Shown here in pieces: positions 18,999 to 28,541 of a stretch of DNA of 64,000 nucleotides. The position numbers and the translations under genes are program-made. Each line of letters opens with the position of its first letter. The stretch's first letter is position 1. This DNA is from Minisyncoccota bacterium (GTDB lineage: Bacteria > Patescibacteriota > Minisyncoccia > Phycocordibacterales > SBAW01), in assembly GCA_035549255.1 (NCBI GenBank), contig DASZRD010000005.1:58-64057 (forward strand). The letters are read 5' to 3'. The notes under the pieces are model-generated. The model was not told the DNA's origin and did not search any database. It was given only the letters and a program-made list of their open reading frames with translations.

Positions 18999-19052
18999 AA
19001 TAAGCGGACAACAGGGATGGGGTCGATCCAGGAAAACCTAAGGAGAGACACC

Positions 19053-19232
19053 ATGCAACAACCGATACTGGGAGTAAACAAGCTCCCGAACGGCACATTC
19101 CTAAAGGGTGCCGAAGAAGTAATCCATATCTGGAAGCGCCACGAGCTCGGCGAACCCGTAATCGAGGTGCTTCTGAAAGGATCGGCAACACCAGTCCTCT
19201 GGACGGATATCCTCCGCTTCAGAGGCCGCTAG
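19053..19232 (+). CDS. hypothetical small protein (59 aa)
   Basis: ATG preceded by AAGGAGA; the longer track ORF from 18951 would overlap the promoter. Confidence 0.5.
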   Translation: MQQPILGVNKLPNGTFLKGAEEVIHIWKRHELGEPVIEVLLKGSATPVLWTDILRFRGR

Positions 19233-19243
19233 GAGGCGCACGG

Positions 19244-19510
19244 ATGCGTAAAAAGAGGAGCATGGCCCACAAGATCGCAACAGCGTTTGCGTGGAGCGCC
19301 AATATCGTCATGGCGGCAGCAGCGATTGGCTATTACCAGCTGCGGCCTGAACCAATGCCATCCTGGCCTATCCGAGACGAAATCGAGATGCACATCGCGA
19401 TGGATGACACGCCGGTCGAGGCTAGCTCACAAACAGCTCTCGACCGAAAGATCGAGGACTTGCTGTTCGACCGGAAAGGCAGCCCCTTCCCGGTAAAACC
19501 GAGCAAGTAG
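19244..19510 (+). CDS. hypothetical small membrane protein (88 aa)
   Basis: AGGAGG RBS 7 nt upstream; one predicted TM helix (IATAFAWSANIVMAAAAIGYY). Confidence 0.5.
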   Translation: MRKKRSMAHKIATAFAWSANIVMAAAAIGYYQLRPEPMPSWPIRDEIEMHIAMDDTPVEASSQTALDRKIEDLLFDRKGSPFPVKPSK

Positions 19511-19564
19511 GTCGTTGTGTTCAAAGGTGCGAAGAGGGCGACCCTTGTGGTCGCCCTTTTGCTT

Positions 19565-21073
19565 TTATGCTATTGCTTCGCGCAAGCGCTTGAGTACGAA
19601 ATCTCTGGGGAGCGCGGCGAGAAACCATCCCGCCTTCGGTCCGTGGTCTTTATTGAGGAAGATATGATAGATGGCCTTGAATTCTTTGGATTCATGCAGT
19701 TTTTTATGGATGTCCTCTGCCCCGGCCGCGGGATTGGCTTCAAGAAATACGAGCAGGTCGCGGAGAGTCTGCCTTTGCACATCGCTAAGGGCAACAGTAG
19801 GCATCGCCTCTTGCAGCTTAAAGACATATTTCTCCGGCGCGTAGGCCTCAAGCCACTTTTTAGCATACATCGCACGTTCGTCGAGTTCTGCCTTGTCCGC
19901 ATCAGGAAATTCTTTGTAGATATCCATATGCGGCATCTGCACTACGAAGGCAACCTGGGAGAAGCGCGGCAGCGACGCACCCTCGGGCAGCGCGTTCATA
20001 TGGATCGCTTCGTACAAGCGCGCGTAATCGTCTGTTTTGTCGAGCGCATAGCCTGCAGACAACTTGTCGTACAAGTCGTAGAGCACCGGAATGGTGTCGC
20101 CCTCCGGATCGAAGTTGACCTGCTGGTTGATATCCTTGCCGAGCATCATGAGGCGGAAGATTTTTGTAGGCAAAAGGTCGGCGATCTCGCGGGAACTCGA
20201 GCCCCGGCCTTTGCTTGAGGACATCTTCTTGCCACCGACCAGGAAGAATTCATACGGAATATCAAACGGCGGCTCGTAGTTGAATATTTCTTTAGAGATA
20301 TGGTTGGCAACATCGCGCGCGCCGCCCTTGGTCGAGTGGTCTTTGCCAGCGCCCTCGACCATCACGCCCTGCACCTTCCACTTCGCGGGCCATTCGACTT
20401 TCCAGGGGAGCTTGGCAGCGCCCCCGAAGGGCGAGACCCGGCCCTCGAAGCCGCAGCCCTCGGTATAGTCGACGGCGGTCTTGTAGCAATTGACCATCAC
20501 GGTCTCGCCGTCGAAGTCGTTCGCTACGGTCGTGGCGATCTTTCTGCATTGCGGACATACGACCGCGATAGGCAGCCAGCCTTCTTTCTTCGTCGAGCCG
20601 GATACCTCTTTATAGATTGCGCGGATGCGGTCGGCCCGCTCGAGCGCGTCGCGGATCACCCCGTCCATGGCGCCCGATAGATAGGCTTCGCTTCCCCAGT
20701 AGAATTCGGGCATGAAGCCGGCGTGCGCTATGGCGGATTTGAAGTCATTCGCAAAGTATTCGGCGAAGTTGGCCGCCGAAGAGTCGGGCGAGGGCACGTC
20801 GCGCAGGAGCATGCCGAGGTAAGGCGAGAACGTTTCCTCGCAGAGCATGGGAGGTACGCTGTCCATCACGTCGAAGTCGTTGAGCTCGTAGCGCCAAGTG
20901 ACAGGGGCGCCTTGCCGCTCAAGCGCATGAGCGACCGTATCGTGTATGGCGACACCGCGCATAGAGCCGATATGCACGCGGCCCGAGAGCGTCTTCTCAT
21001 CGCGTATGGCAATAGGACGGCTTTTTCCGAAGCGCTCCAGTATCTCTCCCGCTATCCTGTCTGCCCAAAACAT
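19565..21073 (-). CDS. lysK: lysine--tRNA ligase, class I (archaeal-type LysRS)
   Basis: Class I signatures HIGSMRG (HIGH) and KMSSSKG (KMSKS), plus a zinc-binding CPQCRK insert. Confidence 0.9.
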   Translation of the reverse strand: MFWADRIAGEILERFGKSRPIAIRDEKTLSGRVHIGSMRGVAIHDTVAHALERQGAPVTWRYELNDFDVMDSVPPMLCEETFSPYLGMLLRDVPSPDSSAANFAEYFANDFKSAIAHAGFMPEFYWGSEAYLSGAMDGVIRDALERADRIRAIYKEVSGSTKKEGWLPIAVVCPQCRKIATTVANDFDGETVMVNCYKTAVDYTEGCGFEGRVSPFGGAAKLPWKVEWPAKWKVQGVMVEGAGKDHSTKGGARDVANHISKEIFNYEPPFDIPYEFFLVGGKKMSSSKGRGSSSREIADLLPTKIFRLMMLGKDINQQVNFDPEGDTIPVLYDLYDKLSAGYALDKTDDYARLYEAIHMNALPEGASLPRFSQVAFVVQMPHMDIYKEFPDADKAELDERAMYAKKWLEAYAPEKYVFKLQEAMPTVALSDVQRQTLRDLLVFLEANPAAGAEDIHKKLHESKEFKAIYHIFLNKDHGPKAGWFLAALPRDFVLKRLREAIA

Positions 21074-21118
21074 ATCGGGAGTATAGCAGAAAAACGCCCC
21101 GATCTCTCGGGGCGTTCT

Positions 21119-21586
21119 TTACTCAACCTTGAGGATTTTAAACTTCTGCGTGCCTTTGGGGGTATGGAAGGAGAACTCGTCGCCCTTTTTCTTGCCCATG
21201 AGCGCGGCACCGAGCGGCGAGTGATAGGAAATCTTGCCCTCGAACATATTGGTCTCCTCGGCACCGACGATAATATAGGTGCGCTTCTCGCCGGCATCCT
21301 TGCCGGTCGGCTGCACGACGACGGTCGAACCCATGCCCACCGTGTCGGACTTCCCGCCCTCGACGATCTTGGCGTTCTTGAGCATGGCTTCAAGCTTGCC
21401 GATGCGCTCCTCTACCGCAGCCTGCATTTCGCGCGCCTCCTGGTACTCGGCATTTTCCGAGAGGTCGCCGAGGCTGCGCGCGTATTCGAGCTGCTCCGCG
21501 ATCTCCTTGCGGCGCGTGGTGCGAAGCTGTTCAAGCTCGCGAGTGAGCTCTTCGAATTTTTCCTGCGAAAGAAGTTCTGCTGGCAT
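21119..21586 (-). CDS. greA: transcription elongation factor GreA
   Basis: Start at MPAELLSQEKFEEL; coiled-coil N-domain and FKBP-like C-domain. Confidence 0.9.
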   Translation of the reverse strand: MPAELLSQEKFEELTRELEQLRTTRRKEIAEQLEYARSLGDLSENAEYQEAREMQAAVEERIGKLEAMLKNAKIVEGGKSDTVGMGSTVVVQPTGKDAGEKRTYIIVGAEETNMFEGKISYHSPLGAALMGKKKGDEFSFHTPKGTQKFKILKVE

Positions 21587-21672
21587 GGTTACATGAGGAA
21601 TTAATGCATCAAAGAAGGGTGTTGCAATTGTATAGGAACTGGCTGCCAAGTCAATCAGAGCGTATGCGCCCC

Positions 21673-23355
21673 TCAATTAAGGTAATTCGAGGCGTGCGCG
21701 TGCATCCAATCGAGAAAATTGCGCACCGCGGCGGATGCGCCGATAAGCGTGCCGGCTGGGCCCTTCTCGAGCACGACGGCATACGCATAGCGCGGATTGT
21801 CATACGGAAAGAAGCCAACCATCCAGGAATTGAGATACTGATTCTGCGTGCCGACCTGCGCCGTGCCGGTCTTCGCGGCGACGGCGACATACGGCACGTT
21901 GACCGCAGTCGCGATGCCTTCCGTTACCCCCATACGCATGCCTTCGGTAACGACCTCAATCGGATGCGCGGGAAGCGGGAGCTTGACGCCTGCCGGCGTG
22001 GAGCTTGCAATCAGGGTCGGGGTCACGAGCATGCCGCCGTTTGCCAATGAGGCGACCGCGCGCACGGCCTGAAGTGGTGTCACTTGCGTGCCGTATTGGC
22101 CGATCGCCGTATGATACGTGTCGCCGATGCGCCACGTGGGGTCGGCGGGGAAATTGACCACCTTCCACGCCGGCGTCGGGATATTCCCCGCCGCCTCGTT
22201 GAATCCTAGAAGGCCGGTGGTCGAGCCGAAGCCGAACATATGCAGATACCGGTCAATACGGTCAATGCCGAGGCCCGGCTGGTCCTCAAATCCGCCGCCA
22301 ACCTCGTAGAAATACACGTCGGATGATACGGCGATCGCCTGCTCAACATCGACCCACCCGTTGGGCCGCCAGTCTTTAAATATACTCGGATGCGCGGGAT
22401 CGTACGGGTTGGGGAGGCTGATCGAGCCGGTCGAAAGGATCTGCTTCGTCTCATCGATCACGCCCTCATTGAGCGCGGCAACGCCCATGAAGGGCTTCAC
22501 GATGGAGCCGGGCGCATAGAGGCCGCTGGTCGCGCGGTTAAGGAAGGGCTGGTGCGGGTCGGTATTGAGCGCGGCAATGGCGGCCTGATCGCCGTCCGAG
22601 AGCGCCTGCGAGGAATACTCGGGGTAGCTCGTCATCGCCAGGAGCTCGCCCGTCTGTACGTCCATGATGACGCCCGCGCCGCCCTGGAAGTCGGATTGTT
22701 GCGCTACAGCAGCGATCGAGTCGTAGAGCGCCTGGTTCACATTGGCATCGATCGAAAGCGTGAGCTTCTCGCCCGACACGGGCGCCACTTTGACGCTCTG
22801 CGACACGACTGCGCCCTTGGCGTCCGTCTCGGTGAGCGTGGTGCCGTTCTCCCCGGAGAGCTGGTCGTTGTACGCCTTCTCGACGCCGTCGATGCCTTCG
22901 AACGAGGTGCGGAAGTAAAAGCCCGAGGAGTCCTTCGCCGGAGGCTTGATATAGCCCACGACATGCGATATCCCGCGGAATGTCGCATACACGCGGCTTG
23001 CGAAATCATCCGTAACCGACCCGCGCTCGTTGTACGCGAGCGGCGTCCCATTGCGGTCGGTGATGACGCCGCGGTCGGCGAAGAGCACGCGCTCGGAGAG
23101 CTGGTTCTCTGCGGCCTGTTTGGCATACGCAGTGCCTTGTATGAACTGGAGATCCCATGCGCGGCCGGCATACAGCACCATCAGAACGGCGAGAATAGCC
23201 GCGGCGAGCATGAGCGATTGGCGCCCGATGGGCTGCTCGATGCGGCCCTCGAGCTGGTCGGAATCGAACTCGGGGATATTGGAGGAATCGATGAAGATTT
23301 CGTCAGGCGCTATCTCGACTGAGCGCTTTCTCCTCCTCCATCGATAGCCCGGCAT
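21673..23355 (-). CDS. mrdA: penicillin-binding protein 2 (elongasome transpeptidase MrdA)
   Basis: Start at MPGYRWRRR; TM helix, SxxK (GSIVKP), SxD/SxN (SSDVY), KTG (KTGTAQ); next to mreBCD. Confidence 0.85.
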   Translation of the reverse strand: MPGYRWRRRKRSVEIAPDEIFIDSSNIPEFDSDQLEGRIEQPIGRQSLMLAAAILAVLMVLYAGRAWDLQFIQGTAYAKQAAENQLSERVLFADRGVITDRNGTPLAYNERGSVTDDFASRVYATFRGISHVVGYIKPPAKDSSGFYFRTSFEGIDGVEKAYNDQLSGENGTTLTETDAKGAVVSQSVKVAPVSGEKLTLSIDANVNQALYDSIAAVAQQSDFQGGAGVIMDVQTGELLAMTSYPEYSSQALSDGDQAAIAALNTDPHQPFLNRATSGLYAPGSIVKPFMGVAALNEGVIDETKQILSTGSISLPNPYDPAHPSIFKDWRPNGWVDVEQAIAVSSDVYFYEVGGGFEDQPGLGIDRIDRYLHMFGFGSTTGLLGFNEAAGNIPTPAWKVVNFPADPTWRIGDTYHTAIGQYGTQVTPLQAVRAVASLANGGMLVTPTLIASSTPAGVKLPLPAHPIEVVTEGMRMGVTEGIATAVNVPYVAVAAKTGTAQVGTQNQYLNSWMVGFFPYDNPRYAYAVVLEKGPAGTLIGASAAVRNFLDWMHAHASNYLN

Positions 23356-23374
23356 GAGGGCTAGTGTAGCATAT

Positions 23375-23665
23375 TCAGATGTGGTCGCTCGATGAAGCGT
23401 CCATGAAATACCGCTTCCCCACTTCACGCACGACGATGCTTGCAAGCGCAACGATCGTAAATGGGAACACGAGGATATGAAGCGTGCCGATCGGCGCCCC
23501 GTAGGCCAGGTCGAGCAGGAGTCCGAGCGTGATCGCCCACAGCGGATACCCCAAGAGCGCCATGACGGCGATGCCCAGCACGGTCAGCGGCCAGAACGGG
23601 ATAAGGAACCCGGCGGCTGCGATAAGAAACGCGATCGCGATAATGGCGTAGGAGTTCTTTCTCAT
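23375..23665 (-). CDS. mreD: rod shape-determining protein MreD-like
   Basis: 96-aa polytopic membrane protein downstream of mreC. Confidence 0.6.
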   Translation of the reverse strand: MRKNSYAIIAIAFLIAAAGFLIPFWPLTVLGIAVMALLGYPLWAITLGLLLDLAYGAPIGTLHILVFPFTIVALASIVVREVGKRYFMDASSSDHI

Positions 23666-23671
23666 TCTCGA

Positions 23672-24487
23672 TTAGTGCGCAGGATGCTCGAGCTCGACGT
23701 ACTGCAGGGTAAACGGGTTGACCGGCAACTGGAGATAAACCGTGGTGAAAGATTGTGCGGCGTTGTTCTCGGTCGCGGTGACCCTCGCCACTAATTCTAC
23801 CCCGAGGCCCGGGAGGGTGACGCTGTCGCCGATCGAGACCGGCGTGCTGGCGGGCACCTCGCCCGAGAGGCTTCCCGCGCCCTGCCCGGCGACCGAGACC
23901 GGCGTCGCGGCATTGCCCGGCGTATGCGTAAGGACGGCCTCGAAGGTTTCTCCGGGAGCCGAATAGAGCGTGGCGCGCGACGTCGTGGGATAGACTTCGG
24001 TGACGCGGCCGATGTATACCGAGCCGCCCGCCGCGACCAGGTCGCCCTGCATGACGCCCTGCTCGCTGCCCGCATCGAGCAGGAGCGTATCGTAGGCGCT
24101 CACGGGCGGGCTCATAAGCACCGCCGCAAGCGTGCGGGGCCGCGACTCGTCGCGGCCGAGGCGCGCCTGCAAGTCCTCTACTTGGGCATAGAGCAGATCG
24201 CGGTCCTGAAGCGCTATCGTGGTCGAAGCGAGCTCGGCGCGCAGCGCCGAATTTTCGGCCGCAAGGGATTGGTTGGACAAAAAGTTTGAGAACAGGATCC
24301 CGCTTGAGGCTGCAAAGGCGTTGCGCGCAGTCATAAGCGGCGCGCCCGCGCGCCATACCGTTCCGGCAAGCGGTCCGCGCAGGATAAAAGCAAGCATGAG
24401 AACAAGGCCGACGCCGGCAGCCCACGATATGGCGCGCAGGCGGGCGCTTTGGGAGCGGTACCGGCGGTTAGGCGAGATCGTCGTCAT
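23672..24487 (-). CDS. mreC: rod shape-determining protein MreC
   Basis: Start at MTTISPNRR (overlaps the mreB end by 20 nt); TM helix, coiled coil, MreC beta-domains. Confidence 0.8.
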   Translation of the reverse strand: MTTISPNRRYRSQSARLRAISWAAGVGLVLMLAFILRGPLAGTVWRAGAPLMTARNAFAASSGILFSNFLSNQSLAAENSALRAELASTTIALQDRDLLYAQVEDLQARLGRDESRPRTLAAVLMSPPVSAYDTLLLDAGSEQGVMQGDLVAAGGSVYIGRVTEVYPTTSRATLYSAPGETFEAVLTHTPGNAATPVSVAGQGAGSLSGEVPASTPVSIGDSVTLPGLGVELVARVTATENNAAQSFTTVYLQLPVNPFTLQYVELEHPAH

Positions 24488-25538
24488 GCTCGAGGAAGAT
24501 GTCCTGATACTTGTCCATGTGTTCAAGGATGACGCCGGTACCGCGCGCCACCGCCGTAAGCGGGTCGTCGGCGACAAGGATAGGGACCTTGAGCCACTCG
24601 GAAAGCAGCATATCGAGACCCTTAATGAGCGCGCCCCCGCCCACGAGCACGATGCCCGAGCGCATCACGTCGGAAAGTATCTCGGGCGGCGTGGTCTCGA
24701 GCACTTCGCGGATCGACTCAATGAGCGTATCGACGGATTGCGAGACCGCCTCCCGCACATCAGAGTCAGTAATGACGATTTCTCGCGGCAGGCCCGTGAT
24801 GAGGTCGCGGCCGCGCACGGCAGCCTCGAGATGTCCGCCGCCCTGGCCCGGCAAGCCCTCCACGACGGAGCCGATCGCCATCTTCACCTGCTCCGCGGAC
24901 TTCTCGCCGATCAGTATCTTAAATTCGCTGCGCACGTGCGCGATGATGTCCTGGTCGAGCTTGTCGCCGGCGATGCGTAGATTCTTGGCGCGCACGAGGC
25001 CGCCAAGGCTGAGGACGGCGATATCCGCGGTGCCGCCGCCGATGTCGACAAGCATCGAGCCCATCGCGTCCTCGATCGGCAGCCGGATCCCGAGCGCCGC
25101 GGCCATCGGCTCCTCAACGATATGCACCTCGCGGGCGCCCGCGTTGTGCGCCGCGTCCTTGACCGCGCGGATCTCCACGTTGGTGATGCCGGACGGCACG
25201 CCGATCACGACGCGCGGCCCGAGCAGTTTTTTGGAATACGTTTGCGCGCGGGAAATAAGATACGCGAGCATCTCCTCGGTCGCCTCGAAGTCCGACACCA
25301 CGCCGCCCACGAGCGGCTTCACCGCAATAAGATGCCCCGGCGTGCGGCCGAGCATCGCCTTGGCCGCAGCGCCGACCGCGACCACCTGGCCGGTCTTCTG
25401 ATTGACCGCCACCACCGACGGCTCGTTGACGACGATCCCCTTGCCGCGCAGGTACACGAGCGTATTGGCGGTACCAAGATCGATACCGATATCGTTGGAG
25501 AGATAGGAATTGACGCGTTCGCGGAGTTTTTTAAACAT
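24468..25538 (-). CDS. mreB: rod shape-determining protein MreB
   Basis: Actin-fold motifs (IGIDLGTANTLVY, DIGGGTADIAV). Confidence 0.95.
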   Translation of the reverse strand: MFKKLRERVNSYLSNDIGIDLGTANTLVYLRGKGIVVNEPSVVAVNQKTGQVVAVGAAAKAMLGRTPGHLIAVKPLVGGVVSDFEATEEMLAYLISRAQTYSKKLLGPRVVIGVPSGITNVEIRAVKDAAHNAGAREVHIVEEPMAAALGIRLPIEDAMGSMLVDIGGGTADIAVLSLGGLVRAKNLRIAGDKLDQDIIAHVRSEFKILIGEKSAEQVKMAIGSVVEGLPGQGGGHLEAAVRGRDLITGLPREIVITDSDVREAVSQSVDTLIESIREVLETTPPEILSDVMRSGIVLVGGGALIKGLDMLLSEWLKVPILVADDPLTAVARGTGVILEHMDKYQDIFLEHDDDLA

Positions 25539-26802
25539 GATTAAGCGATTCTCGAAGTTCAGCCGTGGTCAGATGGTCAGTTGTTCCGCTCGCACGATCA
25601 ACACATTCAAACTTTCCCGCTTCAAGTGCCTTTGCCGACACTACCACGCGCGTGGGGATGCCAATGAGGTCAGAGTCGGCGAATTTCTCTCCCGCGCGCA
25701 AGTCGCGGTCGTCCCAGAGCACTTCAATGCCCGCTTTCGTGAGCTCATCGTACATACTTTGAGCTGTGCGCTTCACGTCCTCGTTGTCGTTCGCAAGATC
25801 TACCAGATGCACCTGGAACGGCGCCACCTCTTTGGGCCATACGATACCCTTCTCGTCAGCAAACTTCTCGACCAGTATGCCCATGAGGCGCGAGGGGCCG
25901 ATACCGTAGCAGCCCATGTATACGAGCTGCTGCACGCCTGCCTCATCTATGTAGGTATAGTTGAAGGCCTTGCTGAACTTGGTATTGAGCGGGAAAATGT
26001 TGCCGACTTCGCAGGCCTTCACCTGCTCGAGCTTGTCGAAATCGACACCAAGCTTCTTCGCATTTTCTTCCGTCACGACCTCCTTGTTGTACGCGATATT
26101 GTTCGCGCGGTCGAGATAAATCATGTCTTCCCCGCTTTCGACGAGCGTCTGGAACTCGTGGCTGAAACCGGTCGTGAAGTCACCGCCCGAAGCGAGCGTG
26201 ATGAATGTGTCCGCGCCGATCCCCAGCGCGTCGAAGACCGCCTTATAGCTCATCTTCGCCTTCTCGTAGTAGTCGAGGAGATCCTTCTCATCGCGATGAA
26301 AGCTGTAGAGGTCCTTCATGCGGAACTCGCGCCCGCGCAGGAGCCCCGACTTGGCACGCGCCTCGTTGCGGAACTTGGTTTGGATCTGATAGTACGCCGC
26401 CGGCAAGTCTTTGTATGACGGCAGATTTTCTTGCGCGATCGGCGTCACGATTTCTTCGTGCGTCGGGTTGAGCACGTACGACGCGTCATTCTTGGCGAGC
26501 GAGAGCTCGTTGGCGCCAACCGTGCGCATGAGCGAGTCGACCTTATCGAGGCGGCCGGCCTGCTTCCATACTTCTTGCGACGCGAGCGAGGACATGAGGA
26601 TCTCGCGGCCGATTTTGTCCATCTCTTTGCGAATGATTGCCTCGATCTTGCCGAGCGTGCGCAGGCCCAGCGGTAGGTAGGAGTAGACGCCGGCCATCTC
26701 CTTGTGGATGTAGCCCGCGCGGATGAGGAGCTGCGCGTTCTTCGCGACCTCGTCTTTGGGCGCCTCGCGGCGCGTCTTCGTAAAGAGTTGAGATTGCCTC
26801 AT
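25531..26802 (-). CDS. proS: proline--tRNA ligase, short form without an INS editing domain
   Basis: Class II motifs and a ProRS anticodon-binding C-terminus; 423 aa leaves no room for an INS domain. Confidence 0.9.
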   Translation of the reverse strand: MRQSQLFTKTRREAPKDEVAKNAQLLIRAGYIHKEMAGVYSYLPLGLRTLGKIEAIIRKEMDKIGREILMSSLASQEVWKQAGRLDKVDSLMRTVGANELSLAKNDASYVLNPTHEEIVTPIAQENLPSYKDLPAAYYQIQTKFRNEARAKSGLLRGREFRMKDLYSFHRDEKDLLDYYEKAKMSYKAVFDALGIGADTFITLASGGDFTTGFSHEFQTLVESGEDMIYLDRANNIAYNKEVVTEENAKKLGVDFDKLEQVKACEVGNIFPLNTKFSKAFNYTYIDEAGVQQLVYMGCYGIGPSRLMGILVEKFADEKGIVWPKEVAPFQVHLVDLANDNEDVKRTAQSMYDELTKAGIEVLWDDRDLRAGEKFADSDLIGIPTRVVVSAKALEAGKFECVDRASGTTDHLTTAELRESLNHV

Positions 26803-26870
26803 ATGCCCGCCATTGTACGGCGAAATACCGCCGGAGGCAAAAGGCCGTTACCGCATAAGCCCAAAACAAC

Positions 26871-27971
26871 CTAGCCTATGAGCCGCAGCACGTCGTGGTA
26901 GGAGACGACGAGCATGAGGATGATGAGGGCGGCCATGCCGCCTATGGTGATGATATTGGTGATGCGCGGGTTGATGGTGCGTCGGATAATTCCTTCGATA
27001 AGGATAATGAAGAGACGGCCGCCGTCGAGGCCCGGTATCGGGAGCAGGTTGATGATCGCGAGGTTGATCGAAATGAGCGCCGTAAGCACGACGACGTCCG
27101 AGAAGCCCTGGCTCACCGCCTGCGAGCCGATCGAGGCGATACCGATCGGCCCCGCTACGCTTCCAAAGTCGGCAGCGCCGCGGATGATCTGCCAAAAGAA
27201 GGTCCCGAGGCCCTCTGCGGTCGAGACCGTCATGCCGTAGGTAAGTATCGCGCCTTGCGCGAGCGCGAGCGGTGGCGAGAGCTTGAGCACGCCGACATCG
27301 TCGAGCTCGACGCCGATCGCCATCTTGCCCTCGACCAATCCTGAAACTGGCTTCGCCAGGAATGTTTTCTCTTCCCCATCGCGCAAAATCGTAAGGATTA
27401 CGCTCTGCGAGCCGTGGTCGGCGATGAAATTGCGCACAACTTGCGCCTGCATGTTGGTGTTGAGCGTGCGGACATCAAGCGATGCATCGGATGTCTGCGC
27501 CTTTTCAATGACATCCTGCGGCGCAAGGCCGGCGGATTGCGCCGGAGAATTGGGCAGCACGGCGGTTACCATCACCTGGCTATTGGTCACGGTGCCGAAG
27601 CCTTCATGGTCGACGCTGGTCGGCAGCCCCGCCATGTAGCCCACCGAGAGCGCCAACCACGCGAAGAGTATATTCATGCAGATGCCCGCGACAATCACGG
27701 CCGCTTGGATCCAGCGCGATTTGCTTGCGAAGCTGCGCGGGTTGCCTTTCCCTTCTGCGGCATCCTCGCCGAAGATCTTCACGAACCCGCCGAAAAAGAG
27801 CAGATTTATAGAGTAAACCGTCTCGCCTTTCCTTATATATAAGAGGCGCGGCGGGAAGCCGATGCCGAACTCTTCGACCTTGATACCGAAGAATTTGGCG
27901 ACCGAGAAGTGCCCCAACTCATGCACCAAGATGAGTGCGGCGAGTATGAGAATAAAAATAACAAGCGACAT
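26871..27971 (-). CDS. rseP: RIP metalloprotease RseP (site-2 protease)
   Basis: HELGH zinc motif in TM1, PDZ domain, LDGG motif. Confidence 0.9.
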   Translation of the reverse strand: MSLVIFILILAALILVHELGHFSVAKFFGIKVEEFGIGFPPRLLYIRKGETVYSINLLFFGGFVKIFGEDAAEGKGNPRSFASKSRWIQAAVIVAGICMNILFAWLALSVGYMAGLPTSVDHEGFGTVTNSQVMVTAVLPNSPAQSAGLAPQDVIEKAQTSDASLDVRTLNTNMQAQVVRNFIADHGSQSVILTILRDGEEKTFLAKPVSGLVEGKMAIGVELDDVGVLKLSPPLALAQGAILTYGMTVSTAEGLGTFFWQIIRGAADFGSVAGPIGIASIGSQAVSQGFSDVVVLTALISINLAIINLLPIPGLDGGRLFIILIEGIIRRTINPRITNIITIGGMAALIILMLVVSYHDVLRLIG

Positions 27972-27974
27972 GGG

Positions 27975-28526
27975 CTAGCCGGCGATCTCCTTCTCCTTGC
28001 GCTCTAGCGCCTCATCGAACTTCTTATTGGCGGCATCGACGCGCTTCTGCATGTCGTCCTTGGCGCGGAATTTGTCGTCCTCCGCCATCTTCTTGTCCTT
28101 CTCCTGCTTTTGGATATCGTTCCAGACGTCATCACGCAGCTTGCGCAGGCTTGTGCGGCCTTCTTCGACCTTTTCCTTCGCAAGCTTTACCAATTGCACC
28201 CGGCGTTCGCTCGTAAGCTCGGGGAACGAGACCCGTACGCCGCGCTCGTCCATGCCGACCGAGAGGCCAAGGTTGGCGACAGTGATCGCCTTCTCGATCT
28301 CCTTCGCCTGGCTCATATCCCAGGGAGTAATGCGCAGCGTGCGCGCGTCCTCGACCGAAATATTGGCGACCTGGCTCACCCCCATGCGCGTGCCGTAACT
28401 CTCGACTGTTATGCCGTCGAGTATGGCCGGCGCTGCGCGGCCCGTACGCACGCCCGCAAGTTCTTTACTCACACGGTCCTGAAGCTCGGTAATCTTTTTC
28501 TCGAAAGGTTTGAAGTCGTATGCCAT
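27975..28526 (-). CDS. frr: ribosome recycling factor
   Basis: Canonical RRF sequence (VRTGRAAPAILDGITVESYG). Confidence 0.95.
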   Translation of the reverse strand: MAYDFKPFEKKITELQDRVSKELAGVRTGRAAPAILDGITVESYGTRMGVSQVANISVEDARTLRITPWDMSQAKEIEKAITVANLGLSVGMDERGVRVSFPELTSERRVQLVKLAKEKVEEGRTSLRKLRDDVWNDIQKQEKDKKMAEDDKFRAKDDMQKRVDAANKKFDEALERKEKEIAG

Positions 28527-28541
28527 AGCCCTCTTACTATA

